A stretch of DNA of 64,000 nucleotides, from positions 39,124,001-39,188,000 of the forward strand of contig NC_058368.1 in assembly GCF_018350175.1 (NCBI RefSeq), written 5' to 3'. The notes beneath the pieces are model-generated. The model did not search any database, was not told where the DNA came from, and saw only the letters and a list, made by a program, of their open reading frames with translations. Position 1 is the first letter of the stretch, and each line of letters starts with the position of its first letter. Below, piece by piece: positions 62,758-64,000 of the stretch. The translations under genes were made by a program, and so were the position numbers. The DNA is from Felis catus. Its lineage: Eukaryota.

Positions 62758-64000
62758 TAAGAATTCCATAGTGAATTAGGTTTAATAGCAATAATTTAAT
62801 AGAGGAATGTCACTATAATTTCAATTGGTTGCTTATTCTTTGACTTTGAAGAAAACCTCTTTAAACACAAATTGTGATGTTGACAGTGTTGCTTAATTTA
62901 AATAGAATATTTTCAATATTTCAATAGATAATTTAGGTAAATCTAATATCATCCAATTTTTGTATAAAAAGCAAAGGAGGCTTAAAAATTATCACTGAGT
63001 TGATTAAGTTTGTACAAGCAGGGAGAGGCAGATCTGTAACCCAGGTCCTTTGAATGTCAAGCCAAATGCAGTTTTCACTGCCTTATGGTTGTCTTTAGTG
63101 ATGATAGGTCTTTCTGAAGATGAAACAGAAAAGGCAAGCAAACAATATTTTCAGTGCACTCCATGCCTAGTGTTTCATCTCTGATCTACTGGAAAATCGC
63201 TCTTCTCACTGATTTACTATCAACTTGTTTTGAGTTGTTGCAAACAGGTAAGAATATGGAAATAACAGTTTCCTTTGGGAGCTGAAGCAGGGAAAATTGA
63301 AATAGACAGCTTACTGGCAAAAAACAGAATCTGTGGTGGTAGTTCAGATATATATTTTTTTAATGGAAATGATTTGCAGTGTCCATAAATAAGTTAAAAG
63401 TTATATTTCACCACAGATATATGGCACATGTACTCAATGCCTTAGAAAAGGGAGGAAGGGAGTTCTTAAAGTTGCCAACCCATACAGAGCCATTCAGTGT
63501 ATTTGATTTCTCTCATGCATTGTGTGTAAAGCACCCTCTTCCACGTTAGAACTTCCATGTTTATATAGCTCCATCTACTCCCTAAAACAAATGTTTAGGG
63601 ATAATTAAAAAGGAACAAGAAATAAACATCTGTTCATGGTCTATTTCTACATGCTTTCAATTATAAAAATAATTGTTTTTCCTTATGTAGATTTTGTATG
63701 TATATTCTGTAATACTGATTTCAGTGAGTAAATTCAAAAATCATTTCTATGTATAGAAATATATAAAACAATAATCATTAATATTAAATAAAATATAAAT
63801 ACAACATTTCAATCAAATTCAAATATGATTTAAGTTTAAAATTAAACATGTTTGAATTTCTTTTGTAAAACGTTAAAAAGGGGTATGGCAGTGTGATGTT
63901 TCTCCCCATCTACTGAATCGACATTATATTTTTATTACACATTTCCATAAATACGAAAACATCTTTGAATATCTCACTTCTTTAGACAAAAAAAACAGCA

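Noticed and set aside
59900..63300. Idea that the small exon candidates belong to a casein/SCPP-type gene with tiny phase-0 exons
   Set aside because: No signal-peptide exon, no SSEE-type exons and no similarity to family members I know.
1..64000. CRISPR arrays, rRNA or true tRNA genes, operon-like or prokaryotic systems
   Set aside because: None seen. The sequence is mammalian, the tRNA-like boxes belong to SINE heads, and the direct repeats are TSDs or slippage products.

Overview
AT-rich, repeat-dense mammalian genomic DNA, almost certainly felid (cat-like), judged from about 32 tRNA-derived Can-SINEs including young SINEC_Fc-type copies and a carnivore LINE-1. I find no recognisable host protein-coding gene, so the window reads as intergenic or deep intronic. 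The dominant feature is a full-length LINE-1 (29720-35645, +). It has a CpG-rich 5'UTR, an intact ORF1, an ORF2 broken by two 1-bp deletions, and a perfect 16-bp target-site duplication, and it is inserted inside a Can-SINE. The rest is layered older repeats: L1M/L1MA, L2, MIR, MaLR/ERVL LTRs, two ERV solo LTRs, MER58A/MER3 and microsatellites. I do not see a convincing new biological system. The most unusual items are retrotransposition oddities (an unidentified ~70-nt polyadenylated retrocopy sharing a target site with an L1, a both-end-truncated young L1 fragment without TSD, SINE pairs reusing one target site, a tail-only insertion), a candidate antisense ORF0-like frame in the L1 5'UTR, a speculative env-like fossil and a candidate 27-nt micro-exon. 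Repeat subfamily names come from recalled consensus sequences, not a database search, and boundaries of old repeats are approximate.
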